DNA from: an uncultured Saprospiraceae bacterium
Lineage (GTDB): Bacteria > Bacteroidota > Bacteroidia > Chitinophagales > Saprospiraceae
Direction: 5' to 3'
Length of the DNA stretch: 64,000 nt
NCBI GenBank assembly: GCA_964479625.1
Contig: CAYZMS010000001.1
Coordinates: 1,442-65,441 of the forward strand
Under the pieces are notes generated by a model. The model was not told the DNA's origin. It made no database searches and saw nothing but the letters and a program-made list of their open reading frames with translations. A program made the translations under genes and the position numbers. Positions 33,715 to 43,768 of the stretch are shown in pieces. Numbering within the stretch: the first letter of the stretch is position 1; every line of letters begins with the position of its first letter.

Positions 33715-36231
33715 ATGATACGCGCTCTAATTATTGTTGCTTTGATGGTTTGCTCATGCTGGGTGAATATCCATGCTCAGCCGCTGAGAGGAGCTGCGCA
33801 ATATGAAACCCAAATCAAGGTAGCTCAGCAGAAACTGGAAGAGGGGGATTACTACAATGCTTTAGAGTGGTACGAAAAAGCCTATGAGACCAGGCAGGAG
33901 GAAAGTCTGATCCCCATAATTGCTGATCTGCACCTTAAGTTGCGGGATTATTCCAGTGCCCAACGAATGTATAGTCGGGTGTTGCGCCGGGACGAGGAGG
34001 GAAAGTATACCCATCTTACTGCCGACTACGGAAGGGCTTTCAAAATGTATGGAAAATACGACGAGGCTATTGAGCAATTCCAGAAATTTCTTGAATTCAC
34101 GGATGACCCCACCGAAAAACAACTGATCCAGAATGAAATTGCCGGGGCAGAACTGGCCAAACAAATGGAAGACCAAAAATTGAAGGTGGAGCCGGAGCGC
34201 CTGGATCGGAGTGTAAACGGAGGCTATTCCGAGTACGGACCAGTCTGGGGTCGAGATGGGAGTTTATATTTTTCTACTTTCCAGTTGGGCGAAGAAATAT
34301 TGGATGATGTGGGTTATGAAGGGGCCTACTCCAGGATCTTTCAGGTAAAGGAGGGTGAACGCGGATGGGATGATCCGCTAGCTCTGGATGAGATCATTAA
34401 TCGCCCTGAATTTCACACCAGCAACCCGGCCTTCTCTGCTGATGGAAACCGCATGTATTTCACCCGGCAGACCCTTTCTGGTAATGAAGTGGTTACCAGT
34501 CAGATCTATTACAGCATTGGAGGTGATGGCGCCTGGGGCGCAGCCAATGAGGTGGTAGGGGTCAATGGGGAATATCTTGCAAAACACCCTGCGGTGGGAG
34601 AATTATTTGGCCGGGAGGTACTATTCTTCTCTTCTGACATGGAGGGCGGCGAAGGTGGTTTTGACCTGTACTATGCTTCCTCAAAGGGAGAAGGTGTTTA
34701 CGGTGACCCCGTTAATCTGGGGCCGAAGATCAACACCCCCAGAGATGAAATTACCCCTTTTTATTTCGACGGGACGCTGTATTTCAGTTCCGATGGCCAT
34801 GTAAGCATGGGCGGAAAGGATGTTTTCTACACCGTCTGGGATGGGGAAACCTGGAGTACTCCCAAAAATATGGGTCCCGGTTTCAATACCAGCCAGGATG
34901 ACCAACACCTTTCTCTGGATAACACAGGCTATCGGGGCGCAATGACCTCTAACCGGCCGGGAGGACGTTCAGTTGGTGGCAGGACTTGCTGCGATGACAT
35001 TTATACCTTTGCCATCGAAAAAATTACCGCAGACCTTGTCGTAGGTACCTTTAACGCAGAGCGGAAACCCCTGAAAGGAGCAACTGTTTCCCTGGTAAAT
35101 ATGCAAAATGGAAAACCCATCGGGTCCCCCATGGCACAAACTTCGCAACAGGGCAATCGCTTTGACTTCGGCCTGGACCTGGATCAGGCCTACAAGGTGG
35201 TGGCTAAAAGAGAAGGGTTCTATCCCGATTCCGTTACGTTTAATACGGTAGGATTGGAGGAGTCGAAATCTTTTGAACATCGCTTTTATTTGAAGCCATT
35301 GCCAAAACCTGAACCCGAGCCGGAGTATGATACCGTAACTATTGAACAAGCCATTGTGCTGGAAAATATTCTGTATGCCTTTAACCGGGCAGATATCCTC
35401 CCTGAGGCGGAAACAGACCTGCAGGTGGTGCTGGAGTTGATGGATCAATATCCGGATATGGTCATTGAGCTGGGTGCCCATACGGATAATCGCGGTAATG
35501 ATGAGTACAATCGAAATTTATCTCAGCGTCGTGCCGAATCTGCCCGTCAATGGCTGGTCGACCGGGGAGTTGCCCCGGAACGAGTCGTTGCCAAAGGGTA
35601 TGGAGAATCCCAGCCCAAAGAGGTCAATCAACGCATAGTCGACAATAACACTTTCCTGCGGCTTGGGGATGTATTAACCGGCGAGTTTATCGATGAATTA
35701 CCCACAGAAGAAGAACAGGAGGCCGCTCACCAGATCAACCGACGCACTGAATTCAGAATATTGGAAGGCCCCCAAACTATCACCATAAAACGGACCCGGA
35801 AGGTACAAAAAGAAGGGAATGACCGGAAATCACTCCCTGCCTTGAAAATGGATTCCCTGAAGGTGAGTGAACTGTCCAGCCTGCATGGGACAGAAGACCT
35901 TTCCGGTTTGCCCATCATGCAGTTCGAAGAACGGGTAATTGACTTTGGTCTGGTGAAAAAAGGTGAAAAACGGGAATACACGTACCGGTTTACTAATATG
36001 GGAGAAGCGCCCTTGCGCATTTCTATTGTCTCAGCATGTGATTGTACGACCGCAACTTATGAAGAAGAACCGGTGCTGCCTGGAGACAAAGGGGAAATTA
36101 ATATTGTTTTTGACAGTGCTGAAAAAGAAGAATCCGAAATCATTGACATTGATATCATTCTGGAAAATGAGGATCACAGGGGCGTTCCGATCATTGAGCG
36201 GTTGCAATATTCTTTTGAATTGGAAAACTAG
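33715..36231 (+). CDS. PorE-like OmpA-family protein: TPR + TolB-like beta-propeller + carboxypeptidase-regulatory-like domain + OmpA_C peptidoglycan-binding domain + C-terminal DUF1573-like Ig domain
   Basis: 838 aa from ATG 33715 (MIRALIIVALMVCSCWVNIHAQ). TPR-like EEGDYYNALEWYEKAYE. Propeller repeats (YGPVWGRDGSLYFST, PAFSADGNRMYFT, PFYFDGTLYFSSD). OmpA motif ILYAFNRADI...GAHTDNRGNDEYNRNLSQRRAES...GYGESQP. C-terminal IDFGLVKKGEKREYTYRFTNMGEAPLRI. Confidence 0.85.
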   Translation: MIRALIIVALMVCSCWVNIHAQPLRGAAQYETQIKVAQQKLEEGDYYNALEWYEKAYETRQEESLIPIIADLHLKLRDYSSAQRMYSRVLRRDEEGKYTHLTADYGRAFKMYGKYDEAIEQFQKFLEFTDDPTEKQLIQNEIAGAELAKQMEDQKLKVEPERLDRSVNGGYSEYGPVWGRDGSLYFSTFQLGEEILDDVGYEGAYSRIFQVKEGERGWDDPLALDEIINRPEFHTSNPAFSADGNRMYFTRQTLSGNEVVTSQIYYSIGGDGAWGAANEVVGVNGEYLAKHPAVGELFGREVLFFSSDMEGGEGGFDLYYASSKGEGVYGDPVNLGPKINTPRDEITPFYFDGTLYFSSDGHVSMGGKDVFYTVWDGETWSTPKNMGPGFNTSQDDQHLSLDNTGYRGAMTSNRPGGRSVGGRTCCDDIYTFAIEKITADLVVGTFNAERKPLKGATVSLVNMQNGKPIGSPMAQTSQQGNRFDFGLDLDQAYKVVAKREGFYPDSVTFNTVGLEESKSFEHRFYLKPLPKPEPEPEYDTVTIEQAIVLENILYAFNRADILPEAETDLQVVLELMDQYPDMVIELGAHTDNRGNDEYNRNLSQRRAESARQWLVDRGVAPERVVAKGYGESQPKEVNQRIVDNNTFLRLGDVLTGEFIDELPTEEEQEAAHQINRRTEFRILEGPQTITIKRTRKVQKEGNDRKSLPALKMDSLKVSELSSLHGTEDLSGLPIMQFEERVIDFGLVKKGEKREYTYRFTNMGEAPLRISIVSACDCTTATYEEEPVLPGDKGEINIVFDSAEKEESEIIDIDIILENEDHRGVPIIERLQYSFELEN

Positions 36232-36381
36232 GTTTTCAGAAGCCCTTTCCAAAGCTATTTGGGAGCTTTTTTGTAGAGAAACCTTTTAAAGGTGGAAAAT
36301 AGACCATACTATTTATCCCCTTTACAATTATTAAAGTACCTAGGGCCAATAATGGTAGGTAAGGGAAATAAACAGGCAAAC

Positions 36382-37995
36382 TCATTCGCCTAAGATCATG
36401 TCTGCTGCTTTTTCAGCGATCATAAAGGTCGGAGCATTTGTATTGCCGGCAACAATAGTCGGCATTATAGAGGCATCTACTACTCTCAGGTGCTTTAAAC
36501 CGTGGACCTTTAGTTGTTCATCGACCACGGCCATCTCATCATTCCCCATTTTGCAGGTACCCACCGGGTGGTATACAGTTTCCACTGTCCGTTTGATATG
36601 TTGGATGATGGCCTCTTCTGAATCTCGTACTGAGGGTTGTCCGTATGATTTAATGATCTTTTTAAAGGGGGGCTGTTCCAATAATTCTATGGCTAATTTT
36701 GATCCTTTTACCATTAGCTCCAGGTCCTCTTTTTCCTTGAAAAAATTAGGTTGTATGACAGGGGGTACATTGGGGTCTTTAGATCGTAACCCAAGGTAAC
36801 CTCTGCTCTTGGGGTGCAGTAAGGTGGGCAGGATCGTGAATCCATCCACTTTTGGGTAGCTGTTTAAATTGTAAACATCATATTCAGTTCCATTTCCCAG
36901 CCAGATGGGAGTAAAGTGTAATTGTAAGTTGACGGGGCCCTCTTTTTCTTCTGTATTCCAGAAAGCTACCCCTTCAATCGGACCTATATTGAAAGCACCT
37001 TTCCCGTGGACCAAATAATCCCAGCCCGCTCTTAACTGATTTAAAAAGGGGATGTAGTGATTGACCCCCTCCTGGGTATTTGCTTCGCAACTAAAGGGAA
37101 GGAATAAGTGATCCTGAAGGTTTTTTCCGACACCTTTCAATTCATGGAGGCAATCAATACCCTTAGACTTAAGTTCGTTTCCATCGCCGACCCCGGAGAG
37201 CATTAGTAGCTGTGGAGATTGAAAGGCGCCCGCAGAAAGAATGATCTCTTTTTCGGCGTAAGCCTTTTCCTTTTTATTTTTTCTTACATATTCTACTCCT
37301 ATTGCTTGTTGCCCTTCGAAAATAATTTTGGTCACCTGTGCGTGGGTAAAGGCCGTCAGGTTTTTCCGTTCTAATGCCGGTTTGAGAAAGGCTACGGCCC
37401 CACTGCAGCGTTTTCCGTTCTTGATGGTAGATTGGACTAAGCCCGCTCCTTTTTGCTGGGCCCCGTTGTAATCCGGGTTCATTGGAATACCTACTTTGGA
37501 ACAGGACTGGAGAAAGGCATCGACGTAAGGTGTCCTAAATCGTATGGGCAGGGTAATATTGAGCTCGCCCTTTGTCCCGTGGTAACCCTCATCCATCTGT
37601 TCGGCTTGTTCGTGGTGCTCTGAACGGAGGAAAAACGGTAATATTTCTTCATAACTCCAGCCTTTGTTCCCCAAGGCTGCCCAGCCGTCGTAATCGGAGC
37701 GATTTCCCCTTACATAGATCATGGCGTTGGTGGAGCTGCAGCCGCCCAGTACTTTTCCTCTGGGGAGGTAGATCTTTCGGTTTAGGACATGTTCCTGTGG
37801 TTCTGTCCAAAAACCCCAGTCATATTTACTTTTATGTAGTTTAGTATAGGCCCCGGGAGTATGAATATTTAAATGAGTATCCTGGCCGCCGGCTTCCAGC
37901 AGCAAGACCTTATGCCGTTCCTTTTTTGACAAGCGGTTAGCTAAAACACAACCAGCTGAGCCTGCACCGATGATAATATAATCGTATTGCGTCAT
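36382..37995 (-). CDS. GMC-family FAD oxidoreductase (choline/alcohol dehydrogenase, AlkJ-like)
   Basis: 537 aa with N-terminal [20 protein letters not shown]...LLLEAGG and C-terminal [11 protein letters not shown]...[10 protein letters not shown] motifs. Confidence 0.9.
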   Translation of the reverse strand: MTQYDYIIIGAGSAGCVLANRLSKKERHKVLLLEAGGQDTHLNIHTPGAYTKLHKSKYDWGFWTEPQEHVLNRKIYLPRGKVLGGCSSTNAMIYVRGNRSDYDGWAALGNKGWSYEEILPFFLRSEHHEQAEQMDEGYHGTKGELNITLPIRFRTPYVDAFLQSCSKVGIPMNPDYNGAQQKGAGLVQSTIKNGKRCSGAVAFLKPALERKNLTAFTHAQVTKIIFEGQQAIGVEYVRKNKKEKAYAEKEIILSAGAFQSPQLLMLSGVGDGNELKSKGIDCLHELKGVGKNLQDHLFLPFSCEANTQEGVNHYIPFLNQLRAGWDYLVHGKGAFNIGPIEGVAFWNTEEKEGPVNLQLHFTPIWLGNGTEYDVYNLNSYPKVDGFTILPTLLHPKSRGYLGLRSKDPNVPPVIQPNFFKEKEDLELMVKGSKLAIELLEQPPFKKIIKSYGQPSVRDSEEAIIQHIKRTVETVYHPVGTCKMGNDEMAVVDEQLKVHGLKHLRVVDASIMPTIVAGNTNAPTFMIAEKAADMILGE

Positions 37996-38028
37996 TAAAA
38001 GATTTGTCGATTTTGATAAATGGTTCTC

Positions 38029-39093
38029 TCATGCTAAGGCTTCACCCATTCTTGTTGCTCGGTATTGATCTATTTTCCAGTGCATTAACCAAAACCAAAT
38101 TGGCGGAACCAGGGACAGAAGCATCATCCCAGGATAACCAGTTGGCATTTGGGGGCTTTCGTCGAAATGCCGGAGCAATTGATATTTTCTGTTGGCGATA
38201 TAATGATGGTCAGAATGACGAGAAAGCTCAAATAACAACAACCTGCCCAACGGGTGGTTGGAATTCCAGGAATGAATAGGAAGGGTACGTTCATAAATAC
38301 CTCTCCTTTTTTTTCTCCTTAAGCCGTAGTGCTCAATATAATTTACTGTCTCCAAGAGTAAGAATCCAACAGTTGCTCCACATAAAAAGAATAGTAGGGT
38401 TTGCAAACCCCAAAAGACGAATATAGCAAGAACTAATAAAAGCTGGACGAGTTGGAAAACCAGCATTTCATTCTGCAAGCTAAAAATAGCAGCGTCGACT
38501 CTTTTCAATCGTTCAAATTCTAACTTCCACGCAGAGATCCACCCTCCAAGGGAGGAACGTAGCCAGAAGGCATATACCCATTCTCCGCGGCGGCTGGAGG
38601 CAGGGTCTTTATCCGTTGACACACGCCTGTGATGTCCCCGGTTGTGTTCGATAAAAAAGTGCATGTAAAGAGAGGTGAGTAACAGCAGTTTACTCATCAA
38701 TTGTTCGTGTTTTGTACTGCGGTGACCCAATTCGTGGGCTACATTAATACCCAGCACTCCACAGGAAACCCCATAGGCCAGGGTCATCCCAACTTTCTCA
38801 TGAGTTTCCAAACCAGGGGCATTTATCCTGTAAAGAAAAAAAAGCAGTATGGCATATTGGATGGGCAGCATACTGTACAATAGGAAATCATAGAACCTGT
38901 CCTCTTTTGCAACCGCTTCTTCTATGGAGGTTAGATTGTCTTTAGATGGCTTTAGAAAAAGCTCCAGGACCGGAATGAATCCGAATATAAAGAGAATGGC
39001 TCCGAAAGAGTAGTAACCTCCAATTGCTATAGATAAAACAACCACTACTGGTATTACATAGGCAGCTATATACTTCAATCTTTGTTTTTCCAT
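38029..39093 (-). CDS. alkB: Alkane 1-monooxygenase / membrane fatty-acid-desaturase-family hydroxylase
   Basis: 354 aa polytopic protein with His boxes HELGHR, EHNRGHH and LSRHSDHH, plus NYIEHYGL. Confidence 0.85.
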   Translation of the reverse strand: MEKQRLKYIAAYVIPVVVVLSIAIGGYYSFGAILFIFGFIPVLELFLKPSKDNLTSIEEAVAKEDRFYDFLLYSMLPIQYAILLFFLYRINAPGLETHEKVGMTLAYGVSCGVLGINVAHELGHRSTKHEQLMSKLLLLTSLYMHFFIEHNRGHHRRVSTDKDPASSRRGEWVYAFWLRSSLGGWISAWKLEFERLKRVDAAIFSLQNEMLVFQLVQLLLVLAIFVFWGLQTLLFFLCGATVGFLLLETVNYIEHYGLRRKKRRGIYERTLPIHSWNSNHPLGRLLLFELSRHSDHHYIANRKYQLLRHFDESPQMPTGYPGMMLLSLVPPIWFWLMHWKIDQYRATRMGEALA

Positions 39094-39174
39094 TGCGGTA
39101 AATTCGGTGATTTTTGTTTTGGTAAAATTAAATTCCAGGAAAGAAATTTTTTAGACGCTACCGTATAATATCGC

Positions 39175-39726
39175 TTAATGGTGTTTACCCCTTTTAATGC
39201 TCTCCACCATAGTTATAATTTCCTGAAAGTAATCAGTTAGCCATTCTGGATTCAAATGCTCTCTGGTGACTCTCATGTAAAAATTATCCACTACCAGACC
39301 AAGCAGAGCTTGAGCGATATAATGCTGCCTATCAAGGTGTAATGCCTTGGCCCATATTCCCAGGAAGGCTTCTTCTACCGGGCGGTGAAAACTTTCCATA
39401 ACATTGGTATAATTTGGTAGGTGCCGGTTAATCCTGACCTGACGATGAAAGAAAAGATCCTCCTTGTATGTTAAAATGACATTCAGCAGACCGGGGACCA
39501 TACTCTCACAAGCTGCTGCAGCCTCATAAACCAGGCTGGACCGCTCCAGGTGGTATTCGAATAGCATTGAAATGAAAAGATCAAGGTCGGCAAAATGATG
39601 ATAGAAAGAGGATTTGCTCTTACCGACTATACGGGCAAGTTGTTCGATCTTTAGACCATTTGGGCCCTGTTGGGCAAACAACGTATATCCTGACGTTATC
39701 CATATTTGTTGCCTTGGTGACTCCAT
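39175..39726 (-). CDS. TetR/AcrR-family transcriptional regulator
   Basis: HTH region is GPNGLKIEQLARIVGKSKSSFYHHFADLD. The likely start is ATG 39726 (MESPRQQIW...). The ORF is open up to 39795. Confidence 0.82.
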   Translation of the reverse strand: MESPRQQIWITSGYTLFAQQGPNGLKIEQLARIVGKSKSSFYHHFADLDLFISMLFEYHLERSSLVYEAAAACESMVPGLLNVILTYKEDLFFHRQVRINRHLPNYTNVMESFHRPVEEAFLGIWAKALHLDRQHYIAQALLGLVVDNFYMRVTREHLNPEWLTDYFQEIITMVESIKRGKHH

Positions 39727-39861
39727 CGGTTTTTGGATTTTTTGATCATCCACCCAGCTTTTAAAACTGACCGAACTGAAAGAGAACCCCATCATTAAAG
39801 AGCGGGAGGCGCAGTTAACTAATTAAAATACTTTATTTATCAAGCTAATTTAAAATTTACC

Positions 39862-40428
39862 ATGCTTTATCTAGAAATAGCCGCCGTACTGGCAGGCTTA
39901 GCGTACGTACTACTGGCTGCACGGGAAAAAATATTGTGCTGGCCGTTTGGTATTTTAAATGCAGGTTTGAGTATTGTCCTTTTCTTTAAAACCGGCTTAT
40001 ACGCAGAATCAATGCTCTATTTTTATTATGTGCTGGCGGGTATTTACGGATGGGTAAGTTGGAACAAAGGCCAAGGTGGAGAAGCGAAGGCGCTGCCCAT
40101 TACAGAATGGCCCTGGAGTCAACATCTGCTTTGGATCACACTGGGGATAGGCTTTTCGCTCGCCCTGGCTTGGGGGCTAAAGGAGTATACTAATGCACAA
40201 ATGCCTTTGATTGACGCCCATACCACAATTTTTAGTTTCATCGCTACTTATATGGTTACTCGCAAGATCCTCAGCAACTGGATCTATTGGATCTTGATCG
40301 ACCTTTTTTCCATTGGATTGTATTACAGTCGTGATCTTCCTATTTATGCAGGCCTTATGGCCCTGTATACTATCATTGCCTGTTATGGCTGGTACTCCTG
40401 GAACCGTCTGCGGTCACAGCACCTGTAG
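39862..40428 (+). CDS. pnuC: Nicotinamide riboside transporter PnuC
   Basis: 188 aa with about 6-7 TM helices, LEIAAVLAGLAYVLLAAREKILCWPFGILN and GIYGWVSWNK/YGWYSW motifs. Confidence 0.85.
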   Translation: MLYLEIAAVLAGLAYVLLAAREKILCWPFGILNAGLSIVLFFKTGLYAESMLYFYYVLAGIYGWVSWNKGQGGEAKALPITEWPWSQHLLWITLGIGFSLALAWGLKEYTNAQMPLIDAHTTIFSFIATYMVTRKILSNWIYWILIDLFSIGLYYSRDLPIYAGLMALYTIIACYGWYSWNRLRSQHL

Positions 40429-40613
40429 AAGTGAAGAGCAGTAAGTTGGGTTATGGAATTTCCCGAACTCAAACCTCCTTTAAGCGTTGAGCTCGATATA
40501 GAAGGTAGAGAGTCGAGAGGGAGAGGATCTTCAAAGTTGTTTGGATTGAGTCTAAATAATTTGTACACTTTAAGAATAAAAAAGGGCACAGCGGTTTTGA
40601 ATTAAAAGGTTTA

Positions 40614-40621
40614 TATATTTG
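40614..40621 (+). promoter_or_regulatory. Candidate -7 box (TATATTTG) upstream of the nqr operon
   Basis: Exact TAnnTTTG match about 80 nt upstream of ATG 40701. Confidence 0.35.
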
Positions 40622-40700
40622 CACCAACTTTTGAAGAGCTGGTCCCTGATCTACAGACACAGGCCAGACCGCCTTCCTTAATAACCATAGAAACAGTCTG

Positions 40701-42332
40701 ATGAACAAAACAAAAGGCATATTTCTACTTCTCACCCTTGTATTTTCCGCCGATTTTCTTTTGGCTCAGAGTGAAGGCTCCGGTACTACTTATTTCACCT
40801 ACATCCTTTTGGCTGTGGTAGTGGTCATTTTCTTCGGAGCGCTGGTACAGGTATCGGATAATTTATTGGCTTTTGAAGAAAAAAAACTGGGTATCAACTC
40901 CCCTGAAGATGAAGCACGTGGACCCAGCCGGGGAGGGCTTTTTTCACCAAAACTGCCCAACTATGCCATGGAACACCCGGTAACGGTTTTAAAAAAAGGA
41001 TATGATATTCATTTAGAGGGTGAAATTGAGCAAACGACTATTGAAGATCGTTACCCCTCCCGGGTTGCTGTTCAGCCCCAAAATTTTCTGGGCCTGATGC
41101 CTATCCCAAAAATGTTGATCGAGGAGGGTGCCGTGGTTAAGGCGGGAGATTCGCTTTTTTTCGATAAAAAAATGCCGGATATCAAATTTGCGGCACCGGT
41201 AAGTGGAGAGGTCGTTTCGATCACCCGTGGTGCAAAACGGGCTATTACCGAAGTAGTGATTCTGGCAGATAAAGAACAACAATACCGAGATTTCGAATCC
41301 TTTGACCTGGAAGCAAATAGCCGGGAAGAACTGGTGTCGTACCTGCTGGAGTCCGGCTTATGGCCTATGTTCAGGCAGCGTCCTTTTAATGTTCCAGCGG
41401 ACCCAAAGGTAACTCCCAGAGATATATTCGTTTCCACCTTTGATACTGCGCCTCTGGCACCGGATAACAACCTGGTAGTGGCAGGAAGAGAGAGCGATTT
41501 TCAAAAGGGGCTGGATATTTTGAATAAGCTGACCACCGGAAAGGTTTACCTCAGTCTGGATGCGCGCTCCGAAGCGGAGCCAGCACCTGCTTTTTTCAAT
41601 GCGGAAGAGGTAGAGAAGCGTTTTTTTCACGGCAAGCATCCAGCAGGAAATGTTGGCGTGCAAATCCACCACATCCGTCCTATCGCGCATGGTGAGGTGG
41701 TATGGACCATGGGTGTTCAGGAAGTGCTATCCCTGGGCGCTCTTTTTACCAAACAGCAATTTGACGGGGTCCGTGTGGTCGGGCTCACCGGATCAAACCT
41801 CAAAGAACCCAAATATATTCGTACGTATATAGGGGCAAATATCGGTGAATTGGTCGGAAGAGAGATAGAGGGGGACTCCGTAAGGATCATTTCAGGAGAT
41901 GTTTTGAGTGGACAGACAAAAACAACCGATGGGTTCCTCAATTTTTTTGACGATCAAATTACCATAATTAAGGAAGGCAACTACTACGAATTGTTCGGTT
42001 GGTTGTTACCTGGTAAAATGCGTCCTACTACTTCCCGGACTTTCCCCAACTTTCTTTTTCCCAAGCTGGAGTTGGAAGCAGATACCAATACTCACGGGGA
42101 AAAACGGGCCTTTGTAGTAACCGGGCAGTATGAACGGATGCTACCTATGGATGTTCACGTACAGGCACTCATGAAGTCTATTCTGATCAATGACGTAGAA
42201 CGCATGGAGGGCCTGGGGATAAATGAGTTAGTGGAGGAGGATGTTGCACTTGCAGAGTTTTCCTGTACTTCTAAGCAGCCTCTCCAGCAAATTCTTCGCC
42301 AGGGGTTGGATATTATGCGTGCAGAAAGCTAG
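40701..42332 (+). CDS. nqrA: Na+-translocating NADH:quinone oxidoreductase subunit A, with an 89-aa N-terminal extension (signal-peptide-like segment + TM helix)
   Basis: The canonical NqrA core starts near MEHPVTVLKKGYDIHLEGE (ATG 40968). The frame is open with no stop back to ATG 40701 (MNKTKGIFLLLTLVFSADFLLAQ...YILLAVVVVIFFGALVQV). Confidence 0.88.
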   Translation: MNKTKGIFLLLTLVFSADFLLAQSEGSGTTYFTYILLAVVVVIFFGALVQVSDNLLAFEEKKLGINSPEDEARGPSRGGLFSPKLPNYAMEHPVTVLKKGYDIHLEGEIEQTTIEDRYPSRVAVQPQNFLGLMPIPKMLIEEGAVVKAGDSLFFDKKMPDIKFAAPVSGEVVSITRGAKRAITEVVILADKEQQYRDFESFDLEANSREELVSYLLESGLWPMFRQRPFNVPADPKVTPRDIFVSTFDTAPLAPDNNLVVAGRESDFQKGLDILNKLTTGKVYLSLDARSEAEPAPAFFNAEEVEKRFFHGKHPAGNVGVQIHHIRPIAHGEVVWTMGVQEVLSLGALFTKQQFDGVRVVGLTGSNLKEPKYIRTYIGANIGELVGREIEGDSVRIISGDVLSGQTKTTDGFLNFFDDQITIIKEGNYYELFGWLLPGKMRPTTSRTFPNFLFPKLELEADTNTHGEKRAFVVTGQYERMLPMDVHVQALMKSILINDVERMEGLGINELVEEDVALAEFSCTSKQPLQQILRQGLDIMRAES

Positions 42333-42427
42333 AAGGTTTTATTGGTTTTACCCTTGAGCGGTTTAGCCTGACAAAACCGAATGAAAAATATTTTTAGAAA
42401 AGATTTGCCCAGAAAGCAGAACTAATA

Positions 42428-43708
42428 ATGAAAAACGCGCTGATCAACTTTTTCCATCGTATAGAGCCAAATAAAGAAAAGCAACCCTTTTTACATACGG
42501 CCTATGATGCATTCTTCACCTTTGCCTTCACTCCAAATACTACCACTACCTCAGGGGTGCACATTCGGGACCGAATGGACCTGAAGCGCCTTATGGTGCA
42601 TGTGGTGCTTGCACTGCAGTTGTGCTATTTGTTTGGGTCTTACAATATCGGACACCAGCATTTCCTTGCTTTAGGCGAGTATCCGGCCTTGTTACAAGGG
42701 TTCCACCTGAAGCTGTTTTATGGGCTGGTACAGATCATTCCGATCTTCGTTGTTACCCATCTCGTTGGCTTGGGTATTGAATTTTTCTATGCAGCTAAGA
42801 AAGGGCATGCGGTTGAAGAGGGGTTCCTTGTTTCCGGTGCCCTGATCCCATTGATCATGCCGCCTGATATTCCACTTTGGATCCTGGCCCTTTCGGTAGC
42901 TTTTGCAGTCATCATTGGTAAGGAAGCCTTTGGAGGCACTGGAATGAATGTTTTCAATATTGCGTTGCTGGCCAGGGTGTTCGTATTTTTTGCCTATCCA
43001 TTGGATATTTCCGGAGATGATGTCTGGGTTTCCGGCTTGGCCTCTATTCAACCCGGTGGAGCAGTAGACTATAATTGGTTCCATACCGGTGTTTTGAACC
43101 CCATGTTTGAAGCCTTTGGCTGGTCCACTTTCGACAGTTCCTTATCAGTGGTGGATGGGTATACTGGAGCCACCCCCCTGAGCCTTGCTTTTCAAGGAGG
43201 ATGGGAAAACGTAGCGGCTACCTATACTGAAAGCCAAATGTGGTGGGGAACGATCCCCGGTTCGATCGGTGAGACCAGCAAACCACTCATTTTATTAGGG
43301 GCCCTTTTCCTGATCCTTACCGGAGTTGCCAGTTGGCGAATAATGGTGGGGATGGTTCTTGGTGGGGTTACGATGACTTTACTTTTGAACGCCTGGGGAG
43401 CTACTCCATTTATGAATGTTCCCTGGTATTTCCAGTTCTATATGGGAAGTTTCTTTTTTGCCATGGCTTTTATGGCAACAGATCCTGTTACTGCTTCTTC
43501 TACCAATATCGGTAAGTGGATCTACGGGTTTTTGATCGGATTTATCGGGATGATCGTTCGGGTACTGAACCCAGCTTATCCGGAAGGCTGGATGCTGGCC
43601 ATCTTATTTATGAATGTGTTCGCTCCGCTGATCGATCACTATGTATTGCAATCGAATATGAAGCGACGGGCCAAATTAGCTGCCAAAACAGCTGCTAGTA
43701 ATGCGTAA
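42428..43708 (+). CDS. nqrB: Na+-NQR subunit B
   Basis: 426 aa polytopic protein with GKEAFGGTGMNVFN and the FMN-attachment context GYTGATPLS. Confidence 0.95.
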   Translation: MKNALINFFHRIEPNKEKQPFLHTAYDAFFTFAFTPNTTTTSGVHIRDRMDLKRLMVHVVLALQLCYLFGSYNIGHQHFLALGEYPALLQGFHLKLFYGLVQIIPIFVVTHLVGLGIEFFYAAKKGHAVEEGFLVSGALIPLIMPPDIPLWILALSVAFAVIIGKEAFGGTGMNVFNIALLARVFVFFAYPLDISGDDVWVSGLASIQPGGAVDYNWFHTGVLNPMFEAFGWSTFDSSLSVVDGYTGATPLSLAFQGGWENVAATYTESQMWWGTIPGSIGETSKPLILLGALFLILTGVASWRIMVGMVLGGVTMTLLLNAWGATPFMNVPWYFQFYMGSFFFAMAFMATDPVTASSTNIGKWIYGFLIGFIGMIVRVLNPAYPEGWMLAILFMNVFAPLIDHYVLQSNMKRRAKLAAKTAASNA

Positions 43709-43768
43709 AGCATTCAAACGATACACCCTTTTGGTTGTTTAATTACAAAAAAGAAAACGCGAAAAGCT

